64,000 nucleotides of DNA from Chrysomallon squamiferum (GCA_012295275.1 CM022676.1:1860001-1924000), one strand, 5' to 3'; positions 1 to 13,583 are shown, numbered from the stretch's first letter. Notes: a model not told the origin generated them from the sequence alone. Translations and numbers: made by a program.

Positions 1-316
1 CCACCTGCTAATGTCAACAAACTCTGTCAAGTGCTCATTCAGGAATCAACACTTTAATCAATTCTGTGTGCCTGCAATACACTGCAGTGGTCAGTTCAAG
101 AGGTGGTCACACACATTATTAGTGGGGGTTTTTTAACCCCTACCAACTTGGTCAGAATTTCTCCCAGTTTCTGTTAACCTATGGCCATGATTTTTACACC
201 CAACAATGCGTAATGGAACATTCTTTAAATGCATATATAACAATTGTTCCCCTAGTTTCTTTTTCATCAAGTTATGTTCAAGCAAGGTTACCAGAAGTTT
301 CTTATTTTGTTCAGTA
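1..316 (+). mobile_element. 3' end of a decayed Tc1-family DNA transposon (transposase C-terminus and right TIR)
   Basis: 1-122 reads, with one frame break, PPANVNKLCQVLIQE / INTLINSVCLQYTAVVSSRGGHTHY*, matching the Tc1 transposase C-terminal GGHT(R/H)Y end. It terminates in GTTTCTTATTTTGTTCAGTA followed by TA. Confidence 0.7.
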
Positions 317-1832
317 TACATGTTTTTCAGTATCCAGCTTTTTTATGAATACATACATACATATATATATTATCCATATTTGATGTCATTTTGGTTGACA
401 TGCAAAAAAATGCAGAATAATTTAATTTTTAAAAACAAATATTTTAAAATTTTATTTTGTTGTAATTCTACAGAGTATAATTTAAAAAAAAATACATGTA
501 TGAATTCTGCAAATATGTTACACTTGCCAGTTATAGAAACGCCTACACTGAAAGTGTAAACATGACTGATTCACTGATACAGTGAAATGATTCCCTCACT
601 GGTGGAATGAAAACAATGAAATAGTTACTGAAATATATTTATTGTTACAGTTGCCTTACATTAATATTATCTTTGAAAGATGGATGATAAGCAGTTACTT
701 ATTAATTTGCTTAATGGTAATTATAAATTAATACATTTTGTTACAATTATATCAAAGTCGTAATTACAAAATTAACATATACTTTGTTTACTCTATAAAC
801 TGTGTTTGTAACAAATTATAAAATTGTTTAAGAATAATTATAAAGTAATATAGTTTGTTACAACTATATCAAAGTCATAATTATTGAATAATTGTAATAT
901 TAATACATAATTTGTTTACTGTTTAAATTTTCCTCTCTTTTTATCAGAATTGTACGTAACATATTTACACACAGCAGTACAAATGAATGGCCTAAAAATA
1001 AATTACTTTTATACTCTAAATTATCATCTAACTGTTTTGGATCCATAAATGCAGATTATGATAATAATACAGAAAACATTTGGACACAGTTATAACAAGA
1101 ATCCTGATATTATAAGTATATAATAGATGGTTCTATATTTTCTTGCGATACTAGAAAACAAGAAATACCCCACCAGAAAAATGTACAACCTTCAGAAATA
1201 CCTTCAATTCCCATTTCAGTAAATAAGTAGGTCTTGTATATGATAGAGAGAAAGAAAAAAAATTATTACAAGATATTTGTTTCTTTCAACATTGATACTT
1301 CATTTTATTAATTAAGAATAGATGGCAAAACACTCCAAAACAAACAAACTGTAACTAGGATGTTTGAAGAAGACATTTCCACTTTTATTCGTGTTTCATA
1401 TTATTTAAAGTTTATGTTAAAAAGAATGTGTTCAGTCTGTCACACAGTAACAGATGATGTCTGCTGGTGTGCAGTGTGTTAGATTGTCAATTAAGGTGTT
1501 GTAAACAACATACTGAACATTGTTTATAACTATCGGAATAAAAAGTATTATAATATCTTAATTTTATTTAAAATGCAAACAAAATAATAGTATGGTTTGT
1601 AATACATACATAAATAAATACATACACACATACATTTTCAAACAAAAATACACCTACATACATTATTACACATTTACATATGAATGTATATTTCCACACA
1701 CACACACAGAGATGTACACATAAATAATCTTTATGACATTTAACTTTTTAGAAGAAATTCCTAGATGTAGTCTATTCTACATGCATGAATAATTGTGCAT
1801 ATGTTTTATTTATATTACTTATCTTTAAATTC

Positions 1833-1881
<49 letters not shown>

Positions 1882-2151
1882 TTCTTGATACATAGCAGTA
1901 TAAAGTACAAAGTTTGTTTTAGAGAAGTGTTTGGTTCATTGAGGTTTGCCATAAGGTAATATGTTGGAAACGTGTTTTAGTTAGGGTTTGATTTTGATAA
2001 AGTTCTGATATATTTAACTGTGTGTATTTATTGTTTATTTTTATCATCATCATCATCATTCAATTATTACTATTGTTAACATTATCACTGTATTTATCAG
2101 TTATTTTCTTTATTACATATGATAAAAAAACATCTTTCTTTTCTATTTCAG

Positions 2152-2913
2152 TGCTTCCACCCCCACCCCCACCCCCACCCCCTCCAGAAAGCTTGGTGAG
2201 TTCCTCAGTAGCCAAAACAGACAGTAACAACATGTTTCTGCCCCCACCCCCACCCCCGCCAGTGTCGTGCATCACCCCTTCCTTCATACCTCCACAGCTC
2301 AGGCACCGAGGGACAGTGCCCCCTCCGATGCCACGCCCGGGTCACATGATATCCCGCCCTCCCCCGCCGCCTGGTTCTATGGGTCCTATGGGGGGCCATC
2401 CAATGGGAATGCCGATGGGACCGCGAGGTCCTATGATGGGACCGCGAGGTATGGGACCGATGCCATATGGCATGCATCCGGCTATGAATAACATGAACTA
2501 CCCCCCATCGATGGGGGATAAAACTAAACACATCATTGAGAGGCCCAAGGTCGTGTACTCGGCACCACCTGTGAAACTTGTGCCCAGCGAAAATAACAAG
2601 ACAACAACATCAACAACATCATCAGCAACAGCATCAACAACAACAACAACACCGTCATCGTCGTCGTCATCAGAAGAAGTTAAAGTTGCCGAAGAGTCTG
2701 CGGGTGTGATGCAGAAAGCAGATGCTCCTGCTGAGGGAAGTGCTGCCGAGGTGGCCAATGCGGCTGGGGGAGGGGTCGCAGGGGGAGAGGCGGAGACCGA
2801 AGGGGAGACGCCCGTGTTGACTAAGAAAGAAAAGAAAGATAAAAAGAAGAAATTTCTGCGAACAGCTGCAGGTACAACATGGGAGGATCCAACACTGACA
2901 GAGTGGGAATCAG
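2152..2913 (+). CDS. RBM42: RNA-binding protein 42, internal exon (Pro/Met/Gly-rich region and conserved pre-RRM segment); upstream exons not found in window
   Basis: Acceptor ttctatttcag, donor G|GTAACA, phase 1-1. Encodes poly-Pro tracts and KKKKFLRTAAGTTWEDPTLTEWES, the RBM42 motif preceding the RRM. Confidence 0.92.
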
Positions 2914-3552
2914 GTAACAGTTCCACTGTTATTATTGTTGTTGTTGTTATTGTTGTTGTTATTGTTATTGTTACTGTTATTACTGCTATTATTATTATTA
3001 TAGTTATTACTATTATGGTTATTATTATTATTATTTCTATTATCGTTATTGCTATTATTGCTATTTTTGTTATTACTGTTACTGTTATTGTTGTTATTAT
3101 TTATTATTACTATTATCGTTATTGCTATTATTGCTATTATTATTATAGTTATTGTTATTATTGTTATTATTATTATAGTTATTGTTATTACTATTATGGT
3201 TATTATTATTATTGTTATTATTATTAATATTATTTATTATTTCTATTATCGTTATTGCTATTATTGCTATTATTGCTATTTTTGTTATTATTATAATTAT
3301 TGCTATTATTATTATTATTATTATTTTTCTTCTTATTATTATTATTGCTATTGTTATTTTTGTTGTTGTTATTATCACAAACATTGTTAAAAAAACAAAA
3401 AAACAACAACAAAAAACTCCGGGAATTTAAATCTACATCATGTTGAGCCTCAGCTTTGTGAGTGAACTGTTAAACATGTAACATGTTTAATAGACACATG
3501 TCACACACACTCAGTATATCATTGGTGTGTATTTACATAAGTGTGTGTCTGC

Positions 3553-3634
<82 letters not shown>

Positions 3635-4538
3635 ATATATATATATGTATCTGTGTGTGTATATGAATATATGTCTATCTATCTATCTATCTGTGTGTAT
3701 ATGAATATATGTCTATCTATCTATCTATCGATCTATATATGTGTGTGTGTGTGTGTGAATATGTCTATCTATATATATATATATTTGTCACAAGATTTAT
3801 GAGTGTCTGGTTTGAGTTTGCAAGTGTGTGTGTTTGTGTGTGATCTCTGTATATATGTTTAAGTACATATATGTTTTGAGTGAATGAGTATGTATGTGCA
3901 CATGTGTGTGTGTACATGTATAAGTGTGTGTAACTGTATACCACTATATGTGTATAGTTTTCACTAATCGGTTGAATTCAGCTCTTCACACTGAAGTTAA
4001 CTGCTAAATATTTGTTTAGAAACCTTTTCTCGTTGACAAGTATCACGTTTTAATTACTGTGGCTATATTGAGCAGTTGACATTTCTAGTAGCATAGACTT
4101 TAATATGGCTGTCTCAGTAGTGATTCTTTCTAATTAGCCTGTTTTATGGAGAGAATCGTTTTTGTTTTTTTGTTTTTTATTAGTTGTTTTTTTATTGTCT
4201 TAGCTAAACTTACCAGTTTTGTGGCTGTTTTGGGATTCATTTTCTTTTTTTTCAATTTAAATCTTTCTTTTTTTGGGGGGCATTTTTTTCTTCATCATTT
4301 TCTTTGTCTTCTTTTAGAATGAGAAATAATTGTAAAACGAATTAAGCGTCCTTTTAACTGTTCTTTTTTCTAATTCCAACCAGCATATTCACACATCTCC
4401 TCTGATCTCCATCAGCAGATAAATTTTCTTTGTAAAAATCATCACTAATTTAATTAATTTTTTATTATTTTTTGATTTTTTCCTGTTCATGCTTTCACAT
4501 TTTTCTTGTTGTCTGTTTTTTAAATATTTTATTTTCAG

Positions 4539-4733
4539 ATGACTTTCGGATGTTTTGTGGCGATCTTGGAAATGAGGTTACAGATGAACATCTGACTCGA
4601 GCATTTTCTAAATATCCATCGTTCATTAAGGCTAAAGTCATTCGAGATCGCCGTAGCAACAAGACAAAGGGTTACGGTTTCGCCAGCTTCAGGGACCCTG
4701 CAGACTTCACTAGAGCCATGAGAGAGATGAACG
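4539..4733 (+). CDS. RBM42: RBM42 exon, main part of the RRM
   Basis: attttcag|AT ... AACG|GTAAGG. Encodes DDFRMFCGDLGNEVTDEHLTRAFSKYPSFIKAKVIRDRRSNKTKGYGFASFRDPADFTRAMREMNG with RNP2 and RNP1. Confidence 0.96.
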
Positions 4734-7080
4734 GTAAGGTCGCTTTTAATTCTTTTTTAATAACACATTATTTTACATATCTCCACTAAGTTGTTATAAA
4801 TAATCAGAAGGAAAAAAAAAAAATATATATATATATTTTTTTTATATACTACAGGTCGAGATTTCAATTTTCAAAAGTGCAGAATATAAAAGATTTTGCA
4901 AGCAGCCAAAATGGCAATATCTTACAGTTTTGGGACGGTTGATATATATACATAAACTTTAATTAATGAACAAAATTATTTATATATATATGTATAAAAT
5001 GCTGCAAACTCTCTGGATAAAAATATAAATAGAGTTTGTGTTCAGACATGAATGCTGTTTAAGTTTGTGTTCAGACATGAACAGATCCTCACCCTGTATC
5101 ATAATTTGTGTGTAGTGTTCTGTTAAACATTCTGCTGAGGTAATTTCAATTTAATCTCTGAATTTAAAACCTTAGGCTTGGCAATTTTAATTACTAAGAA
5201 ACTTTTTATAAAAGTGTCTTTTGGGCTTTTTCCCATTCCAATGAATTCTTCTCATAATGTTTTGTTCAGGAAATATTACAGATCAAAACTAGAATTACCA
5301 CTGTTATATTCTCATTGTCTTGGCCAGTATTTTATTTTCATCCATGTATATGGGAAGGTCAGCATAAAAGATCTATTACTGCTGATACATGCAGCAACTT
5401 TCTTTTTCTCAGTAAATTTACTGAAAATAATTTGTTTTTATTAGTTTTCTGGAAAATAAATAAATAATAATAATAACACTTTTGTTTTCACAATCATTAT
5501 AGAAAATTATTTGTTTTCATTATTGTTATAGAATATCATTTTATTTTAAACATAGCAGCTATTAATGTTATGAACCAGTTCTTTAATGACTGCTTTAACA
5601 GTGTTCAGTTTGTTTTCTTCTGTGATCACAGACATTATACTTTGAGTTATGACAGAATCTCTGGTGTTTCATGTCAGTCCAGTGTAATGTCTGTTACTGT
5701 ATCCTTCAGTTGTAATTCTGAACTAAATCCTCCAACATCTTCCAGAAAAAACACATTTCTTTTGTTGTGCAAGCAGAATTTAAACAGTCACTGTTGAGAT
5801 TGCAGAGTTATTACCCTTGATTTGTAATCTGCAGTATGTGTGTGTGAGAGAGAGAGAGAGTATGATGGTAAACCGTTTTTTTTATCTTACATAGTAGGGC
5901 CCTTAACCATACCCTAATAGGGCCTCGTTCAAGCTGTGAAAAGTTTTCTCAGCAATATTTAGATGTACTGTTTTCTGTGTTTCTTTAACTTAGCAAAATG
6001 GTCCTAACTTATTTACTAAACCACAGATCACAGTTTAGGTTAAACCTACTTGCAGAATCTGCTGGTAGCTATATTTTGACTTATTATACTATTTTATATT
6101 GTTGTACTATTAAGGTAGAGTTTTTGAAAATGTCGGTAACATATTTACTATTTACCTAAATAGCTTACTTTAACACAGTTTAACATGTTGTAATTATTAA
6201 AGTAACTGAATATGTTATCCATTCGTTTCTACAAATATTCCTAACAGTATGTATTAATTAAATATCTACTGTTAGTTAACAGTAATCCAATTACTGAAAT
6301 CACCTAACAATTAACGATCATTAGCGAGAGACAAAAGGTACTTTTGTCAGTTCTGCTGACTTCAGGGAAGTCTGCGACTTGTTTATTTAAGTAAAAGACA
6401 TAAGGTATCACAAGAAACCACAAAGAACAAATAGAAGACACAGGTGGGACTGAGGAGTTGGTGGCCATTATTAGCCAATTATGTCAGTAACCATATTTTG
6501 GGTTATCTTTGTTTAATATGGAATCAGGGACAAATGGTTATCCTGTTTCTTTAACTCTGTTTGATTTGTTGATCAATTTGATGTCACCTGTATATGCTCC
6601 ATAAAGAGTTTGAGTTATATATTTATTTCTAACATAACCTGTCAGGGAAAATTAAATGAATTACGAATTATAATATTTCATTTAACACCAACTCCCACAT
6701 CCTCAACCACTAAGTAATAAGTATATATCTGTAAAATAAGTAATTATCTTTGTAATATAAATATTGTGTTTTGTTTTGGTGTTCATAGTGGATACTTAAT
6801 ATTATATATAGTTTATATCTGTAGTATATGCAAATATATATGTATCTGTCACAGTTTCACCAAAGGTGCAAACCCTAGAAAGAAACAAGTCATATCTTAA
6901 CTGGGTCGTTAGCACTTGAAAGCTAACACCTCTTATGCACTGGGCCCTGGGACACAGGGTAGGGAGAGAAACAATGAGATGGGGAGAGGGAGAAAGAGGG
7001 AGTGAGTGAGTGTGTGTATGAGTGTCAATGAGAAAGAGTGAGTTTTTAATGTTATATAACAGTATATGTCAGTCTGTACC

Positions 7081-7370
7081 TATAAATTAACAAGTTACAT
7101 TCTGTCTATATGCATATCTATAAACTGATCAGTTACATTCCAGTTTTCATCATTTACTGTGCCTATATCTGTAAATTAATCAGTTACATTCAAGTTTTCA
7201 TCATTTACTATGTCTATATGTATATCTATAAATTAATTGGTTACATTCAAGTTTTCATTATTTACTATGTCTATATGCATATCTATAAATTAATCAGTTA
7301 CATTCTAGTTTTCATTATTTACTGTGTCTATATGCATATCTATAAATTAATCGGTTACATTCCAGTTCTG
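7081..7370. repeat. 57-bp minisatellite, about 5 copies
   Basis: Unit TATAAATTAATCAGTTACATTCTAGTTTTCATTATTTACTGTGTCTATATGCATATC; explains the 19-aa periodic ORF 7110-7391. Confidence 0.85.
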
Positions 7371-8984
7371 ATCAGTTATTCTGGTGTGTGACAGTCTGAG
7401 TTGTAACACAGTGCTAGATGTTGACATGTAATAACCAGCTGACATTGTCCTGTGGGAGATCTAGTTTCTTACATTAATGTTTAATTTGATTGTATTTCTC
7501 ACATTTTATTTTGTCTAAGTAAGCTGACATTTCCAAGCTAAACAAATATTATCAGATTTGATCAGGATTTATTTCTGTAATGCAGGGTTTAAACAGCAGG
7601 AAATGAATTCCATGACATTTAGTCTGTTTTCAACAGGAATATTGTTTTGTTTCTGATCTGGTTTTATATATTTTTTTATTTTTCGAATTTTTTAGTTTTT
7701 TTGTTTGTTTTTTTTTGGCTTTTTTTCTTTTTTGTTATTACAGAAGATTTGTGAACAGAATGTGAACTGAGATTATTTTCTTTCTGATGTTTATCAGCTG
7801 AGATAGGTCAAAAACAGAATCCTTTTGCTCATCTCATCTCTCACAGGTCAGTGAGTGAGTCATTCTCATGGTTGAGTAAATGTGATATCTCTGACTGGGT
7901 ATTGTTATAAGAAGTATTCTCTTTTTTTCTAATAATTAATGACCTAAGAGTTCATTAAAAAAAAATAAAAAAAAAATACCAATAACATCATCATTGAAAA
8001 CAACAAACAACAGCAGCAGACAACCACACAACAACAACAGCAACATCAACAGCAACACATCCCTTCCCAACAAAAATTATAAAAACAATAACTGAAACTA
8101 AGACAAACATCAGAGTTTTATTTCATGTAAATACTGATTAAAATGTGTACATGCTGTTCATATTAAAAGCATCTTCACATTGTTACTGAATTTGCTTTCA
8201 AAACTTTGTGAAGATAGTATTTTCACTTGACTAGAATTAGACAGATTAACACAAATTCAGATTTCATGTCCTGTTGTCTCTTAAGCTTCATTTTACATTT
8301 AGGCTAAACAAAACAAATTTTACATTTAAAGATATGAAAACCTACGTTCAAAATTATGAAATATTACAGTCACGGTAAAGATTTTATTAAATTTTACATA
8401 TTAATTACATTTCGCTAGTAGAAACATTTTGGTAATGTTCAATTTAAATATGGGATAGTAAAATTCACATTTTAAGGAAAAAAGATACAAAAAAACTAAT
8501 TTTAAGTGTTAATTCTAATTTTTATTATAATATCATAAATATGTGATAAAATGTTCATAAAATAATACTTAATTTTTCATAACATTTTGTTATTTCAGTT
8601 CCTTGGTCTTTAAATATCTATTAATTTGTGACATATATATATATATTAGCACTGACTGTTAAAATATTTTACAGAAGTATTAGTATAGCAATTATTGCCT
8701 GTCAGACTGAGTATTATGTGACAAATTTTGACTTTCTAGATGTGAAAAGTTTTATAAGACTGAGTGTAGAAGTGAGTGATTTTTTTCCAATAATAAAAAT
8801 AAATATTCACCAGTCTATTTGTTTATTTATTTATTTATTTTTTTTTTTTTTTTTTCGGGGGGGACAAATTATTTTCTTAAAGTTTTTTTTTCCATACACA
8901 AAAATTCACTGAGTATTAATTGCACTGGCATCACTTCATCTTTGGTTTTGAAGATTTTCTTTATGAGTGTTTCCATGGTTACGT

Positions 8985-9076
8985 CTAATGTGCTACCTGG
9001 AATTTGCCGCGGCGCTGTAACTGACTCTGAATTGCTTTGTATTCCTCAGGGAAGAACTGCTGTACCCACTTGTGAT
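8985..9076 (-). CDS. Candidate alternative terminal coding exon of the nested neuropeptide-like gene
   Basis: Minus-strand acceptor tttttgtttgtcacag. Phase 1 matches the 11867 donor, giving (D)HKWVQQFFPEEYKAIQSQLQRRGKFQVAH*. It is a GC-richer island in AT-rich intron with AATAAA downstream (about 8820-8840). Confidence 0.5.
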
Positions 9077-9396
9077 CTGTGACAAACAAAAACATAATAA
9101 TAATATATGTATGTAGGCATCTATGTATACACACACATATACATAAAACACATGAGAAAACTGCATTGAAATCTTAGTTTTTTCAATTGTAGCATAGTGT
9201 TAATAGGATGGCCCACATACACACACACACACACACACACATATATACATACAAACACATAATTAGTTATGCATATTTAATCATTTCTATTATTAACAAC
9301 AACCAAAACATACATACACAAACACACACATACACGCACATACATATATATACATATACAAACACACACATACACACAGACACACCCACACACACA

Positions 9397-9456
<60 letters not shown>

Positions 9457-10126
9457 TATGTGCTCAAACATATTTACATTCACCCAGGCCTTCATAATAC
9501 TTTAAATATTAATGTCATCGGATTTAATCCAAAATAGGGTATTAGTCTGCAAATAGTTTAATAAATGTCTAATCATCTATCAAGGTCAGCATATAAAATG
9601 TTGAAATTCATCCGTATATGTAACTGAATACCCACAACTCGGTTGTTATGATAGTCTCCAGATTGTAATAAGTCCTGTTACACAACCAATGTGTGATTAC
9701 AGAAAGGTGTAATTCCATTAAGGATCTTCTCTTACTGATCTGTCAGTAATTAACAGTCCTGGTTACATTCACTCTTACTTACTTTCACTGCTTACATTAT
9801 TAGTATCAGTATCTCATACATTTTTCTCTGTAGTTTGTCTAACATTAACACCTAACATGACGGTCATGTTTTGTTTTTTAACTGATGGTAATTGCTTTTC
9901 ACCTCATCCATTATTTAAAAACTCACTGTTGGCTATTGCTTGTATTACAAACCTGTTTAAAAATGTTGCCTGAAGGTTATTTTTGTTCAGAAACTTGTCT
10001 TAATTGTCAAAAAAAAATGTGGTGAGGGTTTTTTTTTTCCATTACAGATTTTTATTTTTTTTATTTTTATTTGATTTAACAGGTTTAGGAAATTGTACAG
10101 ACTTGGTTTGTCCAGTCATTTCATAC

Positions 10127-10157
<31 letters not shown>

Positions 10158-10481
10158 AAAAGAATCAGACAATGAAAGAAACAAAAAAATAAATAACTAC
10201 AAAACAAGCAATAATAATAATAATAAAAATTATAATAATTTTAATAATAATAATAAAATAATACAAATAAAATCAATTTCATATGAGTAATGTCTCTGTT
10301 TTTGCTTCACAAATAAATTAAAACAATTTGCAGATTAAAACAACCTTTCTGAATTGCAGATTAAAACAGACTTTCAGACTGGCAAATTAAAAAACTAAAA
10401 ACTTTTAGATTTGAAGATTAAAAAATTTTTGATTGGTCAGTTAAATCGAACTTTCTGATTGGCAGATTAAGAATCAGGTGA

Positions 10482-10603
10482 CTAAAACCTACGTTGTTTA
10501 TTGGATGTGAGGACGTATGGCAGCAGCATTCTCCTCAGATAGGGGTCAGCATGCCATGATGTCGAGCCCCAGCTTCTTTTGCCCATAGCGCCCCAGGATG
10601 ATC
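10482..10603 (-). CDS. Nested neuropeptide-like precursor, terminal coding exon with amidation site
   Basis: attacag|GA, phase 1. Encodes GSSWGAM-GKR-SWGSTSWHADPYLRRMLLPYVLTSNKQRRF*; GKR is an amidation plus dibasic cleavage signal. Confidence 0.8.
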
Positions 10604-10804
10604 CTGTAATATATAATGATATTGTACTGATGACATACTGGATGTATATTCTCCTGAAAGTGTATTAGCATTAATATATCACTGTTAAAAGAATAAATCT
10701 TTTAAATGTGGTTAAAATTACTACAGGGATATTATGTTAATTGTGTGACAATTTTTTGTGTTATCACTATATATATATATTTAATTTTCTTAATTTTAAA
10801 ATTT

Positions 10805-10839
<35 letters not shown>

Positions 10840-11371
10840 GATATTTATAGATATATGAGAGAGAGAGAGAGACAGAGAGAGAGAGAGAGTAAACATTTTT
10901 ATTAACACACATTCAATCACAAAACACACATACTAATTCACTCAATTAACAACAAATAATGTTATAAGTTACATTTTTGATATTATAAAGACACATTATG
11001 TTTGTATTAATAAATGATTATTCCTTTCAACAAGGTTAATTCAGACTTTTACAAATAAGGAGACTAGTTAATTGAAAATTGAAATTAAAAGAATTTATTT
11101 AGTTTGATGTGTATAATAAAAGTTCAGGAAATCAATCTCCAATGATGAGCTTGTTCTGAATGAATTAGAGATTAATTAATTGGTCAGTATATGTACAGAG
11201 AAACACAAAACCACAAAAAACAACAACCATACAGTATAAAAGCAATGAACAGCACAGATAATTTGTAATGATGTATGAATAATAAGATTATACTAAAATG
11301 AGGTTTATTTTATTATCTTGTAAAAGTACTGAAACTGAAAACAACTCTCTCTCTGTCTTTCTGTGTGTGTG

Positions 11372-11443
<72 letters not shown>

Positions 11444-11866
11444 GGGGGTCTTTAAAAGTAATATATAAACAATAAAGAGGTATATTTAGAATGTAATGAT
11501 AAATTAATATAGATTCAATACACATCTTTAATAACTTCACCCACTTTATGTTTTTGTTCATCACTTTCCATAGCTAACTCACTTGATATGAAGAGAAATT
11601 GCCTGTTACACATCTAATAATATATATTATATATATTTTTTTGCATACAGTAACTTTAAGATGACTGTCTTTGGTAGCTCACACATCTAATGATAATCTA
11701 TGATACAATAACCTGATGTGAAGAAAAATGGCGGGTCAAACATCTAATTATACTCTTTGATACAATAACCCACCTGACTGGCCAATTAAAACAAACACTC
11801 TGATTGGTCAATCAAAATGTTGGGGTTAAACATCTAATGATAATTTTTGACACAGTAATAACCCAC

Positions 11867-12122
11867 CTGATGTGAACAGGAAAGGTGGACCGTACATTCC
11901 ATCTTCTTCCTTCTGCTTGTGCTGCTGCTGCTGCTGCTGCTGACTCTCTGAGGGGTCATACGACGTGTTCACGTCACCCTCGTAGTCCATGTTTGTGCAG
12001 CCAGCGCCCCAGCCACTGCAGCGGAAGAAGCTCTGCCGACGTGCACGTGGTGGCATGGAAAGGACACTTTGAACTGTGAGGGTAACTAGACATGTCAGTA
12101 GAAGGTGGGACAGTCCTTTCAT
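11867..12122 (-). CDS. Nested neuropeptide-like precursor, first coding exon (signal peptide, furin-type site, Cys-ring peptide)
   Basis: Acceptor ttgtttttcag (exon starts 12138), ATG 12122, donor G|GTGGGT. Encodes MKGLSHLLLTCLVTLTVQSVLS-MPP-RARR-QSFFRCSGWGAGCTNMDYEGDVNTSYDPSESQQQQQQQHKQKEEDGMYGPPFLFTS; 125 aa when joined to 10603-10482. Confidence 0.82.
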
Positions 12123-13390
12123 ATCTCTTACAAAGTAGCTGAAAAACAACAGTAAATACATACATACATACATACATACATAGGTAACTAGACATGTCAG
12201 TAGAAGGTGGGACAGTCCTTTCATATCTCTTACAAAGTAGCTGAAAAACAACAGTAAATACATACATACATATATACATACATAGGTAACTAGACATGTC
12301 AGTAGAAGGTGGGACAGTCCTTTCATATCTCTTACAAAGTAGCTGAAAAACAACAGTAAATACATACATACATACATACATACATACATACATACATACA
12401 TAGGTAACTAGACATGTCAGTAGAAGGTGGGACAGTCCTTTCATATCTCTTACAAAGTAGCTGAAAAACAACAGTAAATACATACATACATACATACATA
12501 CATACATACATAGGTAACTAGACATGTCAGTAGAAGGTGGGACAGTCCTTTCATATCTCTTACAAAGTAGCTGAAAAACAACAGTAAATACATACATACA
12601 TACATACATACATAGGTAACTAGACATGTCAGTAGAAGGTGGGACAGTCCTTTCATATCTCTTACAAAGTAGCTGAAAAACAACTGAAAAATACAAACAT
12701 ACATACATACATACATACATACACAGGTAACTAGACATGTCAGTAGAAGGTGGGACAGTCCTTTTATATCTCTTACAAAGTAGCTGAAAAACAACAGTAA
12801 ATACATACATACATACATACATACATACATACATACATACATACACAGGTAACTAGACATGTCAGTAGAAGGTGGGACAGTCCTTTCATATCTCTTACAA
12901 AGTAGCTGAAAAACAACAGTAAATACATACATACATACATACATACATACATACATACATACACAGGTAACTATACATGTCAGTAGAAGGTGGGACAGTC
13001 CTTTCATATCTCTTACAAAGTAGCTGAAAAACAACAGTAAATACATACATACATACATACATACATACATACATACATACATACATACATAGGTAACTAT
13101 ACATGTCAGTAGAAGGTGGGACAGTCCTTTCATATCTCTTACAAAGTAGCTGAAAAACAACAGTAAATACATACATACATACATACATACATACATACAT
13201 ACATACATACACAGGTAACTAGACATGTCAGTAGAAGGTGGGACAGTCCTTTCATATCTCTTACAAAGTAGCTGAAAAACAACAGTAAATACATACATAC
13301 ATACATACATACATAGGTAACTACATGTCAGTAGAAGGTGGGACAGTCCTTTCATATCTCTTACAAAGTAGCTGAAAACACAACAGTAAA
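12081..13390 (-). repeat. 12-copy tandem array: 76-bp constant unit (3' splice site, 16-nt UTR, ATG, 14 signal-peptide codons) separated by variable (TACA)n
   Basis: Unit starts at 12081, 12183, 12285, 12403, 12513, 12615, 12726, 12848, 12966, 13092, 13214 and 13316; periods 102-126 bp. The copy at 12081 is the real exon start. Confidence 0.95.
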
Positions 13391-13424
<34 letters not shown>

Positions 13425-13434
13425 CATACATACA

Positions 13435-13468
<34 letters not shown>

Positions 13469-13583
13469 CAGACATACATACACACACACACACGCTTTTA
13501 TAATCTGTAAATATGTAACTACATGTGTATATATATTATTTTTATACATACATACACTTACTATTACACATATATATACATAG

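Noticed and set aside
2914-3430. Hydrophobic/Tyr-Cys extension of ORF 2022-3227 and overlapping ORFs
   Set aside because: Intronic (ATT/GTT)n microsatellite after the 2913 donor.
12081-13390. CRISPR-like repeat-spacer appearance
   Set aside because: Spacers are only (TACA)n, the 76-bp repeat is a copy of a eukaryotic exon start, and there are no cas genes.
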